A stretch of 64,000 nt of DNA from a virus (lineage: Duplodnaviria; Caudoviricetes). The translations under genes were made by a program, and so were the position numbers. The notes below the pieces were generated by a model. The model had not been told where the DNA came from. It saw nothing but the letters and a program-made list of their open reading frames with translations, and ran no database searches. Every line of letters begins with the position of its first letter. The stretch's first letter is position 1. The stretch is taken from positions 64,001 through 128,000 of the IMG/VR virus record IMGVR_UViG_3300020577_006271; one strand, given 5' to 3'. Below, piece after piece: positions 55,030-64,000 of the stretch.

Positions 55030-56234
55030 TGAAAAATTTTACATTTATCCCATCCATTTCGGCTGGATACTTATATAACGGAATTGTTACTGATAAAACA
55101 TTCTTGAATGGGATGCCTTACGATTATTATAATTACGAAGGAAAATTTAATTACCCATATTTTCTTATAACTGCAGGAAATTTTTACAAAAAAGATGTTT
55201 ACGAAAAATCGAAATTCTTCAAGAATGAGAACGTTGAAATATTTGGCGACTCGGGTGGATATCAAATAGCAACTGGGACATTAAAATGGAATAAGGATAT
55301 ACGGCATACAATAATGACTTGGCTGGAAAGAAATTCAACCGTTGCCGCAAATCTTGATATACCACCAAGATCAAAATTATTTTCAACGACGGACGCAAGA
55401 GAAATATCGTATGACAATTTCAAGTATTTTCATGAAAATCAGTCGGGTAAAACTAAATTTTTGAATGTGTTACAAGGTAAAGATTTAATTTCATATTCAT
55501 CCTGGTATAATATGGTTAAAGAATTTACTGACTTTGAAGGATGGTGCATTGGCAACGTATCTACTATATCAAACATTATTACGTCAATATATGTGTTACT
55601 GAAGAACAAAGAGCATCTAAGATCTAAGGTAATACATTTTCTTGGTGCATCTAGTCCGGATTCATTTGTAATTATGTCACATTTTCAAAATGCGTTAAAC
55701 AATGTTGGATTAGACGTACAAATATTTTCCGATTCGTCAAGTCCTAACTCAGCAAGATTTGGATATTACTATACTGACATTGATTATAAGACTTTAGCCT
55801 GGAGGAATTTTCATATTCCATACATACGAGAAGAAAATATCGAAAATTTAGACAAATATAAATCAGAAATTTATAAATCAGATTCAAATTCGATATTGCC
55901 ATTGTACACAGATTTCGACAAAGAAATATTTATAAATTTATTCAACCACCAAGATTTACTTGATTATAATTCTAGATTTTGTAGTGCCTTAATATTAAGA
56001 AATATTCATGTCTATAAAGCACAAGTGGAAATTATCAATGAATTTGTCAAAGCTCCCGAATATTATAGAAAACATATTTTTCCAGAGAGTATTGCTAAAT
56101 TAGGGTCAATGATAAACGAAATGGTAGAATCAACATCATCACAAATGATTGACTCAATATATAATAAATATTCTCCAATACTCAACAAATATAAAAGCTC
56201 AACCACGGCTGGAACCAATCAACAACTGTTTTAA
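55029..56234 (+). CDS. dpdA: TGT-family transglycosylase, probably DNA 7-deazaguanine inserting (DpdA-like)
   Basis: GDSGGYQ, NLDIPP, NVLQG, GWCIG, IHFLG, SDSSS; between queC and polB. Confidence 0.75.
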   Translation: MKNFTFIPSISAGYLYNGIVTDKTFLNGMPYDYYNYEGKFNYPYFLITAGNFYKKDVYEKSKFFKNENVEIFGDSGGYQIATGTLKWNKDIRHTIMTWLERNSTVAANLDIPPRSKLFSTTDAREISYDNFKYFHENQSGKTKFLNVLQGKDLISYSSWYNMVKEFTDFEGWCIGNVSTISNIITSIYVLLKNKEHLRSKVIHFLGASSPDSFVIMSHFQNALNNVGLDVQIFSDSSSPNSARFGYYYTDIDYKTLAWRNFHIPYIREENIENLDKYKSEIYKSDSNSILPLYTDFDKEIFINLFNHQDLLDYNSRFCSALILRNIHVYKAQVEIINEFVKAPEYYRKHIFPESIAKLGSMINEMVESTSSQMIDSIYNKYSPILNKYKSSTTAGTNQQLF

Positions 56235-56235
56235 T

Positions 56236-58071
56236 ATGTATAGCAGAATCCATTACGATCGTAATAAAAACCTAATTCATTTATGGGATGATGTAAACGG
56301 GTATTCGAATTTTGAATATCAGCCATATGCATATATCAGCGATGTTAACGGTGATAAAAAGACAATGTCTGGCATTCCAGTAAAACGCACCACTCGGTGG
56401 AATTCTACCGCTGAAGAGTTAGGTATTATATTTGAGGCAGACGTTCAACCAGAGATGCGTACATTAATTGACTTATATGGAAATTCAGATGAAATTTCAA
56501 AACGATTAATCCTTTACGCTGACATTGAGGTTAGAAAAAATGAAAAATATTCAACGGTTGCTGAAGCTGCGAATGAAATCAATGCAATAACTTATATCAC
56601 TAATGAAACTGATATTTATACAGTTTTACTCTTGGATGAAAATAGTGCACCGAGAAACTATAGAACAACGGTACAAATTCCAAAAACAGAAATATTTGTA
56701 GAATGCAATATTAAAGTTTTTAATTCCGAAACAACGCTTTTAAAAGCATTTTTAAAGGATTTAAGAGAAATTGATCCTGTAATATTTACTGGCTGGAATA
56801 CGGATCAATATGACATTCCGTATTTGCACAACCGTATTGAAAAGGTTTTAGGTTATGAATATAAATTATTACTAAGTCCAATATCAATAGTTAGAACCAA
56901 CGAATATGCAGGGAAAACTGAAATTAAAATAGCTGGGTTATATAATTTAGATTATTTAGATTTATACAAGAAATTCACTTATTCAGAAGAACCATCATAT
57001 AAATTAGATTCGATTGCTATTAAAGAATTGGGAATTGGTAAGGTTGAATATGAAGGATCGCTGGATGATTTATGGCGGCAAAATCCAGATAAATTTATTA
57101 GTTATGCAGTGATTGATGTCTGGTTAATAAAACAACTTGACAAAAAATTAGATTTCATCGACATTGCTTGTGGTATTTGCCATAAAGGGCATGTACCATA
57201 CTCGGACATTCAATTTACATCTAAATACCTTGAAGGTGCGTTGTTAACACATTTGCATAGAAATAATTTAGTTGCAATTTCAACAGAGAAAACTAAACAT
57301 CATGATACTGCTGAAGGTGCGTATGTCAAAGAACCAATTCCAGGAATTTATCGTTGGATTTATGATTTAGACTTGACGTCATTATACCCTTGGAATATTA
57401 TAAACTTAAATATTTCCCCAGAAACTAAATTTGGATTTATTGTAGACTGGAATCAGGAGAAGTTTTTAAAGGATATAGACCGTTCATGGAAATTGCTTAA
57501 AAAGGTAGATACATCAACGTATAAATTTTTCAAAGATCTTGATGAAATTAATGAAAATGAATTCAATTTTGCCACAACAATAGAATTCAAACAATTTATA
57601 ATTGATAATAATTTATCGATTTCATCATCTGGTATTTTATATTCATTGGATACCCCTGGATTGATTCCAACTGTTTTGAAAATTTGGTTTGCGGAACGGA
57701 CAGAATATTCAAATCTTATGAAGGAATATGGACTATCTGGAGATTCAGAAACGGAACGATATTATGATAAAAAACAATTAGTTACAAAAATTCTGTTAAA
57801 TTCGCTATATGGTGTATTGTTGTTACCAACATTTCGTTTCTATGATCGTCAAAATGGGGAAAGCGTGACAACTGTTGGACAGTCTGTGATAAAATGGGCA
57901 ACCGCAATAGCAGATAAGTTTTATCACAAAGAATTAGCAGAATTTAATTGTATTTATCGACTTGAAATGGAAAACGGTACGGTTAAAAGTTTACATGGAT
58001 TCGATTTGATAAATACAAATTCTGGGAAAAAATATGTTTTCCAATTAACTCCTGATGATGAATTAATATAA
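56236..58071 (+). CDS. Family B DNA polymerase, N-terminal subunit (exonuclease, motifs A and B)
   Basis: ADIE, TGWN...YDIPY, SYKLD, DLDLTSLYP, NISPET, KILLNSLYG; start set at ATG 56236. Confidence 0.95.
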   Translation: MYSRIHYDRNKNLIHLWDDVNGYSNFEYQPYAYISDVNGDKKTMSGIPVKRTTRWNSTAEELGIIFEADVQPEMRTLIDLYGNSDEISKRLILYADIEVRKNEKYSTVAEAANEINAITYITNETDIYTVLLLDENSAPRNYRTTVQIPKTEIFVECNIKVFNSETTLLKAFLKDLREIDPVIFTGWNTDQYDIPYLHNRIEKVLGYEYKLLLSPISIVRTNEYAGKTEIKIAGLYNLDYLDLYKKFTYSEEPSYKLDSIAIKELGIGKVEYEGSLDDLWRQNPDKFISYAVIDVWLIKQLDKKLDFIDIACGICHKGHVPYSDIQFTSKYLEGALLTHLHRNNLVAISTEKTKHHDTAEGAYVKEPIPGIYRWIYDLDLTSLYPWNIINLNISPETKFGFIVDWNQEKFLKDIDRSWKLLKKVDTSTYKFFKDLDEINENEFNFATTIEFKQFIIDNNLSISSSGILYSLDTPGLIPTVLKIWFAERTEYSNLMKEYGLSGDSETERYYDKKQLVTKILLNSLYGVLLLPTFRFYDRQNGESVTTVGQSVIKWATAIADKFYHKELAEFNCIYRLEMENGTVKSLHGFDLINTNSGKKYVFQLTPDDELI

Positions 58072-58073
58072 AT

Positions 58074-58373
58074 ATGAAAGTTGAAAAAACCAAAGAAAGC
58101 GTAATATTAGAAATTCTTTTTGACGCTGGAGTCAAATTTGACAAAAATGATTTTGATCTATATAAAACCATATTCGATAATGGTTATTATTTTAAAACTT
58201 TATTAATGGAACAAACGTTATCAAAATTATTAAGATTCAAGGAAGAAATTCTAGAACAAAGAAAAATGTTAACCGAACCAAGACCAGGAATATACTTAAA
58301 ATATAATAACAGATTAGGTTGGAAAATTGTAATATATTGGTATAATAATAACATAGAAACAATTAATACATGA
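58074..58373 (+). CDS. Hypothetical protein inserted between the polB halves
   Basis: 99-aa ORF, ATGA-coupled to polB-C; no nuclease motif recognised. Confidence 0.6.
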   Translation: MKVEKTKESVILEILFDAGVKFDKNDFDLYKTIFDNGYYFKTLLMEQTLSKLLRFKEEILEQRKMLTEPRPGIYLKYNNRLGWKIVIYWYNNNIETINT

Positions 58374-59317
58374 AAATAAAAAGTATCAAGTCGTTGACAA
58401 TCAATACGGAACATATTATATCTTTTTCTATATATACTGATACTGACAGTATATTCTATCCATTGGAACCATTAATGATAGCTAGATATGGGAAACAAAA
58501 TTTCACTGACGAAGAGTTTATAGAAAAAGGGTTACCCTTAATTAATGAAATCCAAAATTATATTAATAAATCATATGATGTATATGCTAAACGATATCAT
58601 AATGTATCTACCCATGGGTGGAATTTGAAACAAGAATTGTTGGCAAGAAGAGGATTCTGGTCGGGAAAGGTAGAAAAACCAAAAAAAGGGCAACTTCCAA
58701 ATTCTATATCTACTGTTACTGGTGTTAAAAAACGCTATGCGCAGTGGATTGTAAATAAAAAGGGGGTTCCTAAAAATTACATGGATGTCAAGGGCCTTGA
58801 ATCAGTTAGATCCAATTATCCTAAAATTTTTAGATCTAAACTTGCCCAGATATTTGAAAAATTATTACATGACTGCACTGAAGACGAAATGAATAATTTT
58901 CTTAGGTCATTTAAAAAACAAATTAAAGAAATTGATATGTGGGATATTATGATCCCAACTTCAGTTAATTCAGTCGAAGATTATTCAACCGGGGTTTTTG
59001 GTTCATATGGAAAAAAGACTCCAGCTCATGTTAAGGCAGCATTAAATTATAATTCTGTCATTGATTTACTAAAATTGGAAGTACCTAAATTAACCGATGG
59101 TGATAAAATATTATGGTGTTATTTAACAAATAATCCATATTATTTTGATGCTATAGCAATTTCAAGAGAATCAAATCCTCCAGAATTAATAAATTTTGTC
59201 GAAAAACACATTGATCGAAATGCTGTCTTTGAAAATTTATTCTTAAATAAAGTTCAGGGTTATTATTCGTCAATTGGATGGGGAAAAATTCAAATTAATT
59301 CAAACTTTTTCTTCTAA
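58370..59317 (+). CDS. Family B DNA polymerase, C-terminal subunit (motif C, thumb)
   Basis: YTDTDS, KQE, KKRYA, KGLESVRS, TPAHVKAALNYN, GDKI. Confidence 0.95.
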   Translation: MKIKSIKSLTINTEHIISFSIYTDTDSIFYPLEPLMIARYGKQNFTDEEFIEKGLPLINEIQNYINKSYDVYAKRYHNVSTHGWNLKQELLARRGFWSGKVEKPKKGQLPNSISTVTGVKKRYAQWIVNKKGVPKNYMDVKGLESVRSNYPKIFRSKLAQIFEKLLHDCTEDEMNNFLRSFKKQIKEIDMWDIMIPTSVNSVEDYSTGVFGSYGKKTPAHVKAALNYNSVIDLLKLEVPKLTDGDKILWCYLTNNPYYFDAIAISRESNPPELINFVEKHIDRNAVFENLFLNKVQGYYSSIGWGKIQINSNFFF

Positions 59318-59351
59318 AAATTTGGAAATGTGAAAAAAATTTTGTATATTG
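59316..59351 (+). promoter_or_regulatory. Bacteroidota-type early/middle promoter
   Basis: AAAAATTTGGAAATGTGAAAAAAATTTTGTATATTG, TTTG-N20-TA. Confidence 0.7.
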
Positions 59352-59367
59352 TATAAACATTAAAAAA

Positions 59368-60099
59368 ATGCTAAAAGATAATATTTTAAATTTCATAAAC
59401 AAATATAATCTCGACTCAAGTAGCAGTCGGGGAGATACACCGGTGATAATAACTGCTTCTGATTCTAAATTAGCAGTACAATTTAAATCTGAAGATGCAA
59501 CTATTTTAGGCAAGATCGTCGCCCAAAACATTGATTTGCCTGATGGGAAATACGGGGTGTTCAATACTAGCACACTGCTTGCATTATGTAAATTGATGCA
59601 AAATGAATTTGACATTAATGTATTGCACGAAGGTGATGCTGCAAATATACCAACCAAATTGATATTATCTGATAGTTCATATCGTGCAGAATTTATATTA
59701 GCAGATTTAGATATTATACCTTCAGCCGAATCAAGGTTGTTAGCTCCAGAATATGATGTAGTGATTGAAATTACACCATCTATTATAGACAGATACGTCA
59801 AATCATTAGCTGCCTTGCCCGCTCAATTTGTAGCATTCCGTTCCAAAAAAGGAAGATTGGAATTAATAATTAACTATTCCAGCCAAACATCTAATACGAT
59901 TATTTTAGATTTAGGTCCAGACAATTCCAATGCGTTGATTGCGCCATTAGTATTTAATGCTTCCCGGTTAAAGGATATATTGTTAGCTAATAAAGATTTA
60001 ATTGATGGTAAGATATCCTTCTGCCAAAATTTTGCAGAGCTGATTTTTAAAAGTGAAACCATAATGGCAAAATATTACATTTCATCGATAATTGATTAA
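59368..60099 (+). CDS. Sliding clamp (gp45-like)
   Basis: 243 aa, alternating beta/alpha, GVFNTSTL and LADL.II motifs; between polB and clamp loader. Confidence 0.7.
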   Translation: MLKDNILNFINKYNLDSSSSRGDTPVIITASDSKLAVQFKSEDATILGKIVAQNIDLPDGKYGVFNTSTLLALCKLMQNEFDINVLHEGDAANIPTKLILSDSSYRAEFILADLDIIPSAESRLLAPEYDVVIEITPSIIDRYVKSLAALPAQFVAFRSKKGRLELIINYSSQTSNTIILDLGPDNSNALIAPLVFNASRLKDILLANKDLIDGKISFCQNFAELIFKSETIMAKYYISSIID

Positions 60100-60862
60100 C
60101 ATGAATACTAAAATAGAAGAAATCTTAGCTGAATCAGCAGCGTATGGGATGCGTAATGATGTTATTTCGTTAGCAATAAATTTGTCTAATGTTTATAAAA
60201 ATTTCATGAAAACTAATTTTCCATCAAATGCAATATCTGAAAATTCCGAATCTTTTTACGAATTGGCTTATGATCTCCTAATAGGCGAAGAAGATGAATC
60301 TAATGAATTCGCAGTGCATGATCATGACAGTAATATTAAACCATACGGAAATGAATTAAATCTGTATTGTGGTCCAGAAGAATATCTAGAACGTCTGGAT
60401 TTTGTTGCCACTGAAATTTCAATGAAAGATGAAAGTATGAATTGGAAACAAGCTCAAACTGGTAAACCGTTGTTTGAGAATGTATTTATACTCACCGACG
60501 TTTGGTCTATGTTCACTTATTATGAACTATGTATATCAATGAATTTGTATGATTCTCCTAGACTAATCATTGCACCTGATTTGATTACTAATCTACCTGA
60601 AATACCAGCCGGTTCTAACATATATGTTTTGTCATATCACAGGACCGATAAAAGTATAGGAATCATCGATGAATTATTAAAATTTGGAATACATCCTTCG
60701 GACATAACCAGTATAGAAGTTTTGGGCCAACACACCATGACTCCATGCCAAACTATACCTTTGATTGCTATAACAGACAATAATATACTAATTGATTGCT
60801 ATGGATTAGGGAAACCAACTAAAGATGGAAAATACTCAGAAACATTAGGTATTTATTATTAA
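60092..60862 (+). CDS. Hypothetical protein (possible degenerate phosphoribosyltransferase C-terminus)
   Basis: C-terminal CYGL recalls the PRTase GYGLD motif; no canonical PRPP loop. Confidence 0.45.
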   Translation: MINMNTKIEEILAESAAYGMRNDVISLAINLSNVYKNFMKTNFPSNAISENSESFYELAYDLLIGEEDESNEFAVHDHDSNIKPYGNELNLYCGPEEYLERLDFVATEISMKDESMNWKQAQTGKPLFENVFILTDVWSMFTYYELCISMNLYDSPRLIIAPDLITNLPEIPAGSNIYVLSYHRTDKSIGIIDELLKFGIHPSDITSIEVLGQHTMTPCQTIPLIAITDNNILIDCYGLGKPTKDGKYSETLGIYY

Positions 60863-60882
60863 TTTTTTAAAACAATTTCAAA

Positions 60883-61050
60883 ATGGAATTTATTTATCAT
60901 GCTCTTGGTATATGTGGAGAATCACATGCCAATATTTATCACTTTTTAGCTGTTGGAGGTTTAATTTATGCGATTCAAAAGATCAATTTTATACGACGTC
61001 GAAAGAAAGAAGGACAAGTTTACGAATCTGATGTATGTGTCAATACATAA
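60883..61050 (+). CDS. Small membrane protein with H..G.CGE.H motif
   Basis: Below the ORF-track cutoff: MEFIYHALGICGESHANIYHFLAVGGLIYAIQKINFIRRRKK..., A-rich leader. Confidence 0.55.
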   Translation: MEFIYHALGICGESHANIYHFLAVGGLIYAIQKINFIRRRKKEGQVYESDVCVNT

Positions 61051-61180
61051 TAACGATTATGTATTTGTACAATTTAATGATCAGCTTAAATCGGAGTCGA
61101 TAGTTAGATTAAACCGCCACGGTATTATATCAGCAAAATTGTCTTCACAACAATTTCAAATTTTAAAATTTAAAAAATGA
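60968..61180 (+). CDS. Hypothetical protein
   Basis: ATGA-coupled to queD. Confidence 0.45.
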   Translation: MRFKRSILYDVERKKDKFTNLMYVSIHNNDYVFVQFNDQLKSESIVRLNRHGIISAKLSSQQFQILKFKK

Positions 61181-61608
61181 CATATACAATTTCAAAAACA
61201 TTTTTGGGCTATCCATTCGCCCATCGCCAGCCTAAACATGACGGACACTGTTCTTTAATTCATGGACATAACTGGGACTTCACCATTGAGTTATCGGCTC
61301 CCGAAGGACAACTCGACGAAAATGATTTCGTTTATGATTTCGGCAAATTTGCTTGGTTGAAAACTTGGTTCACGGATATGTTTGACCATACATGTGTAAT
61401 TAATGCGACTGACCCTCTAATTGAAAAATTTACTACAATGAATTCTGAAGGTCTAATTAATTTGAAAATTGTTCCGTCTGCATCAGCTGAAGGATTAGCA
61501 AAACTGATTTATGACCATATATCTAAGCAAGATTTAGGTACAGATGTTACATTAGTATCGGTTACAGTTCATGAGGATTATAAAAACCAAGCTAAATATT
61601 CAATTTAA
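61177..61608 (+). CDS. queD: 6-carboxy-5,6,7,8-tetrahydropterin synthase
   Basis: AHRQ..H.GHC..IHGHNW, VYDFG, FDH, SAEGLA. Confidence 0.9.
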   Translation: MTYTISKTFLGYPFAHRQPKHDGHCSLIHGHNWDFTIELSAPEGQLDENDFVYDFGKFAWLKTWFTDMFDHTCVINATDPLIEKFTTMNSEGLINLKIVPSASAEGLAKLIYDHISKQDLGTDVTLVSVTVHEDYKNQAKYSI

Positions 61609-61664
61609 CACGTCAAATCTCGACGGTAGTCAATTTAAATTAAATAAACATACAAATACATATC

Positions 61665-61871
61665 ATGTCAGATCAAGCCTTTTATAACGTTAGAACTCAA
61701 CGAGAAGTTGAACAACCAAATGGTAAAATCAAAAAAGTTTCGGAACAATATCTGGTTAAAGCGGTATCTGTAACAGATGCCGAAGCTACAATAACAAACC
61801 ATTTGAAAGATGAACCATTTGACTGGTTTGTAAAATCAGTATCGGAGACCAAAATTCTAGAAGTTGTATAA
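61665..61871 (+). CDS. DUF4494-like protein
   Basis: NGKIKKVSEQYLVKAVSVTDAEA...VSETKILEV, a Bacteroidota-associated pattern. Confidence 0.7.
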   Translation: MSDQAFYNVRTQREVEQPNGKIKKVSEQYLVKAVSVTDAEATITNHLKDEPFDWFVKSVSETKILEVV

Positions 61872-62937
61872 ACGCAACACCATTTATTTTATTGATAACC
61901 AAGTTCCAATAAGTAGGATCAATTCTGAGTGGCAGTTAATAAGTGCCATATTATATGAGATCTTTAAAAATATTGGACTTGGTGTCAAAATAATTAGTAA
62001 TGAGTATAATGTACAATCGTTAGATTATGCTCAGCGTATAATTTATTCTGCTGAGATTAATAAAAAGTTATTTGATCTTATCGGATTTATTAAGCACCGT
62101 GATATATTAATATTTACCGACGCTAGATCTTCTTTGATTCATGATGTCTATGAATATTTCATCCTTAAGGGGATTAGACCATATATTATTGGAATCTGGC
62201 ATGACGGATATTGGAATGGAAGTTCCATCTATAAAAAAATGTACCAAAAACGAAATATTTCATATTCGCCAATTGAATATGAACGAATGTTGGCAAAGAT
62301 ATTTGATTTAAATCTAATCACAAACCCAGTACAATATTCGTATTTCAAAACCCAGGTTTCAGCTAAATCAAAATTTGTCAATTTGCCATTTGCCTTGTTA
62401 AAGGATGCGTACGCAGTAACGGAATTATCAGATATATATTCCACGAAACTGGATACAATCTTAATTAACAGCAACGATATATTAGGCAAGGATACGGTAC
62501 TGAAAAACAAGTATGATATCATGGTCAAGGAATTATCAGAATTTGATATTTTTGATATATCCGTCATAAAGACGCATAATTTAAAGGTCAATCTTCCTGC
62601 CTTTGGCAAAAGTAAAATTATGATAAATCTAAATTCAATGACAACTTCTCCGGTAGAAATATTTCATTGTCTCCAATTAGGAATTTTAACAATTACTGTC
62701 GAAAATAAATATTTAACAGATATTGGATATCCTGAAGAATTGTTGTTAGAAAAACATGAAGTTAATACCGAGAAATTATATAAATTTATTCGGTATTGCA
62801 GCACAATCAACGAAAAGTTGCAAATTGCCAACGAACGTTATACAGAATTGTTAGAACAAACTAAACAAATATTAGAGCCTGAATATTCAGCCGAACCATT
62901 TTTAAAATTAATCAAAAATGTCAAAAATAGAAAATGA
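61864..62937 (+). CDS. Putative divergent glycosyltransferase (GT-B-like)
   Basis: Size, DILIFTDA, GIWH.G and a C-terminal EIF..LQLG..TI segment; near queD. Weak call. Confidence 0.4.
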   Translation: MYKRNTIYFIDNQVPISRINSEWQLISAILYEIFKNIGLGVKIISNEYNVQSLDYAQRIIYSAEINKKLFDLIGFIKHRDILIFTDARSSLIHDVYEYFILKGIRPYIIGIWHDGYWNGSSIYKKMYQKRNISYSPIEYERMLAKIFDLNLITNPVQYSYFKTQVSAKSKFVNLPFALLKDAYAVTELSDIYSTKLDTILINSNDILGKDTVLKNKYDIMVKELSEFDIFDISVIKTHNLKVNLPAFGKSKIMINLNSMTTSPVEIFHCLQLGILTITVENKYLTDIGYPEELLLEKHEVNTEKLYKFIRYCSTINEKLQIANERYTELLEQTKQILEPEYSAEPFLKLIKNVKNRK

Positions 62938-63856
62938 TTGGTGGGCGGAAAAATATCGCCCCAAAACAATTGAAGAATATTCAGGTAATACTGAAGTGGT
63001 AGATTATTTTAATCATTGCATTAGTACCAATACATTAAACCACTTGCTTTTATATAATGCAAAATCTGGAACGGGTAAAACTTCAGCAGCCAAAATATTA
63101 GCAAATTCATTAGATTCAGATGTAATGTACATTAATGCTTCTGATGAAAACTCTGTCGACACTGTCAGAGATAGAATAAAAACTTTTGCTTCAGCAAATT
63201 CGTTTAAAAGATGGAAGATTATTATATTAGATGAATTTTCATATTTTACACCAAATGCTCAAAGTGCCTTGAATGCCATAATGGAAACATTTAGTAAATC
63301 AACACGGTTTATTCTAACTTGTAATTATGTTGAGAAGGTCCTCCCGTCAATACAGAGCAGATGTACATGTTTCCATTTAGAATCGCCATCAAAACCATTG
63401 ATTGCAAAACGCATAGTGCATATTCTTAAAACTGAAGGGATAACTTTTAAACCAGAAGATGTTGCTACCATGGTCAATCGAAATTATCCGGACCAACGGA
63501 GTATCATTAATGAAGTGCAGCGGGCAGCAATAACTGGAAGTTTGATAGTACCAACATCAACAGCATTGAATTCGGATTCATACATGTCTAAATTATTAGA
63601 CGTTTTATTAGAGACTAAAAAATCTAAGAAGGAAACATTTACATCGTGCCGACAAATAATAGCCGATTCAAAAGTTCGAACCTTTGAAGATTTATATCGT
63701 TTTCTTTATGATAATTCAGAAAAATTATCTCCAACTAACCAGGCAGCACTAATCTTAGAAATTTCAACTTATGCACAGCGTGACACGCAGGTGCTAGATA
63801 AAGAAATAAACGCCATGGCGCTTTTAATCCAAATTATAAACTTAATTAAATCATAA
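62918..63856 (+). CDS. Clamp loader ATPase (gp44 / RFC small subunit-like)
   Basis: WAEKYRP, GTGKTS, INASDE, IILDE, AQSAL, FILTCN, SRC. Confidence 0.95.
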   Translation: MSKIENDWWAEKYRPKTIEEYSGNTEVVDYFNHCISTNTLNHLLLYNAKSGTGKTSAAKILANSLDSDVMYINASDENSVDTVRDRIKTFASANSFKRWKIIILDEFSYFTPNAQSALNAIMETFSKSTRFILTCNYVEKVLPSIQSRCTCFHLESPSKPLIAKRIVHILKTEGITFKPEDVATMVNRNYPDQRSIINEVQRAAITGSLIVPTSTALNSDSYMSKLLDVLLETKKSKKETFTSCRQIIADSKVRTFEDLYRFLYDNSEKLSPTNQAALILEISTYAQRDTQVLDKEINAMALLIQIINLIKS

Positions 63857-64000
63857 TGTCAGAATTAAACCCAATGTTACTCAAGGGATCGGAACGCCTT
63901 AGTTGTCAATCCTGTTCAGGTATATTTTTTAATCAATATTTGGTATTTCAAAAGATTTCAAAGTTTAAAGTTGGCGCACCTACGGATGTCATTGTACCTA
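63856..64000 (+). CDS. Zn-ribbon-like protein, partial
   Basis: MSELNPMLLKGSERLSCQSCSGIFF..., open to the window end. Confidence 0.5.
   Translation, partial: MSELNPMLLKGSERLSCQSCSGIFFNQYLVFQKISKFKVGAPTDVIVP

Noticed and set aside
58072-58432. Group I intron or functional split intein in polB
   Set aside because: The insert is about 300 nt filled by one ORF with no visible intron core; intein catalytic motifs (block A, TxxH, terminal HN) are missing.
1-64000. Stop-codon reassignment, as seen in some Bacteroidota phages
   Set aside because: Core genes are full length and densely packed under code 11; the polB break contains an inserted gene, not a single in-frame stop.
1-64000. tRNA or rRNA genes
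   Set aside because: Intergenic gaps are short and AT-rich and I saw no cloverleaf or T-loop pattern; a tRNA scan was not run.

Overview
AT-rich segment of a large T4-like myovirus genome; standard code 11 gives intact genes. Positions 1 to ~48.9 kb are almost all minus-strand virion and late genes: MCP N-terminus, scaffold, fibres, prohead protease, ribosomal protein bS21, portal, terminase, Mre11-Rad50 fusion, primase, baseplate/tail, late sigma and endolysin. From ~48.9 kb the plus strand carries DenV, a 7-deazaguanine DNA-modification cluster, a split family-B polymerase, clamp and clamp loader. TTTG-N20-TA promoters, A-rich SD-less leaders and a DUF4494-like gene point to a Bacteroidota host. 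Main observations: (1) folE/queC/dpdA are co-operonic with inositol-1-phosphate synthase, a methyltransferase and a HAD phosphatase, a candidate new base hypermodification; (2) polB is split, and its new ends look like the non-catalytic middle of a split intein; (3) a tandem array of enzyme cargo genes shares an MIKFKDILxE leader, probably for capsid packaging; (4) Shine-Dalgarno motifs are largely confined to late genes in a phage encoding its own bS21; (5) several recombination scars and a duplicated promoter-ORF-terminator cassette. All family calls come from motif recognition by eye, not database searches.
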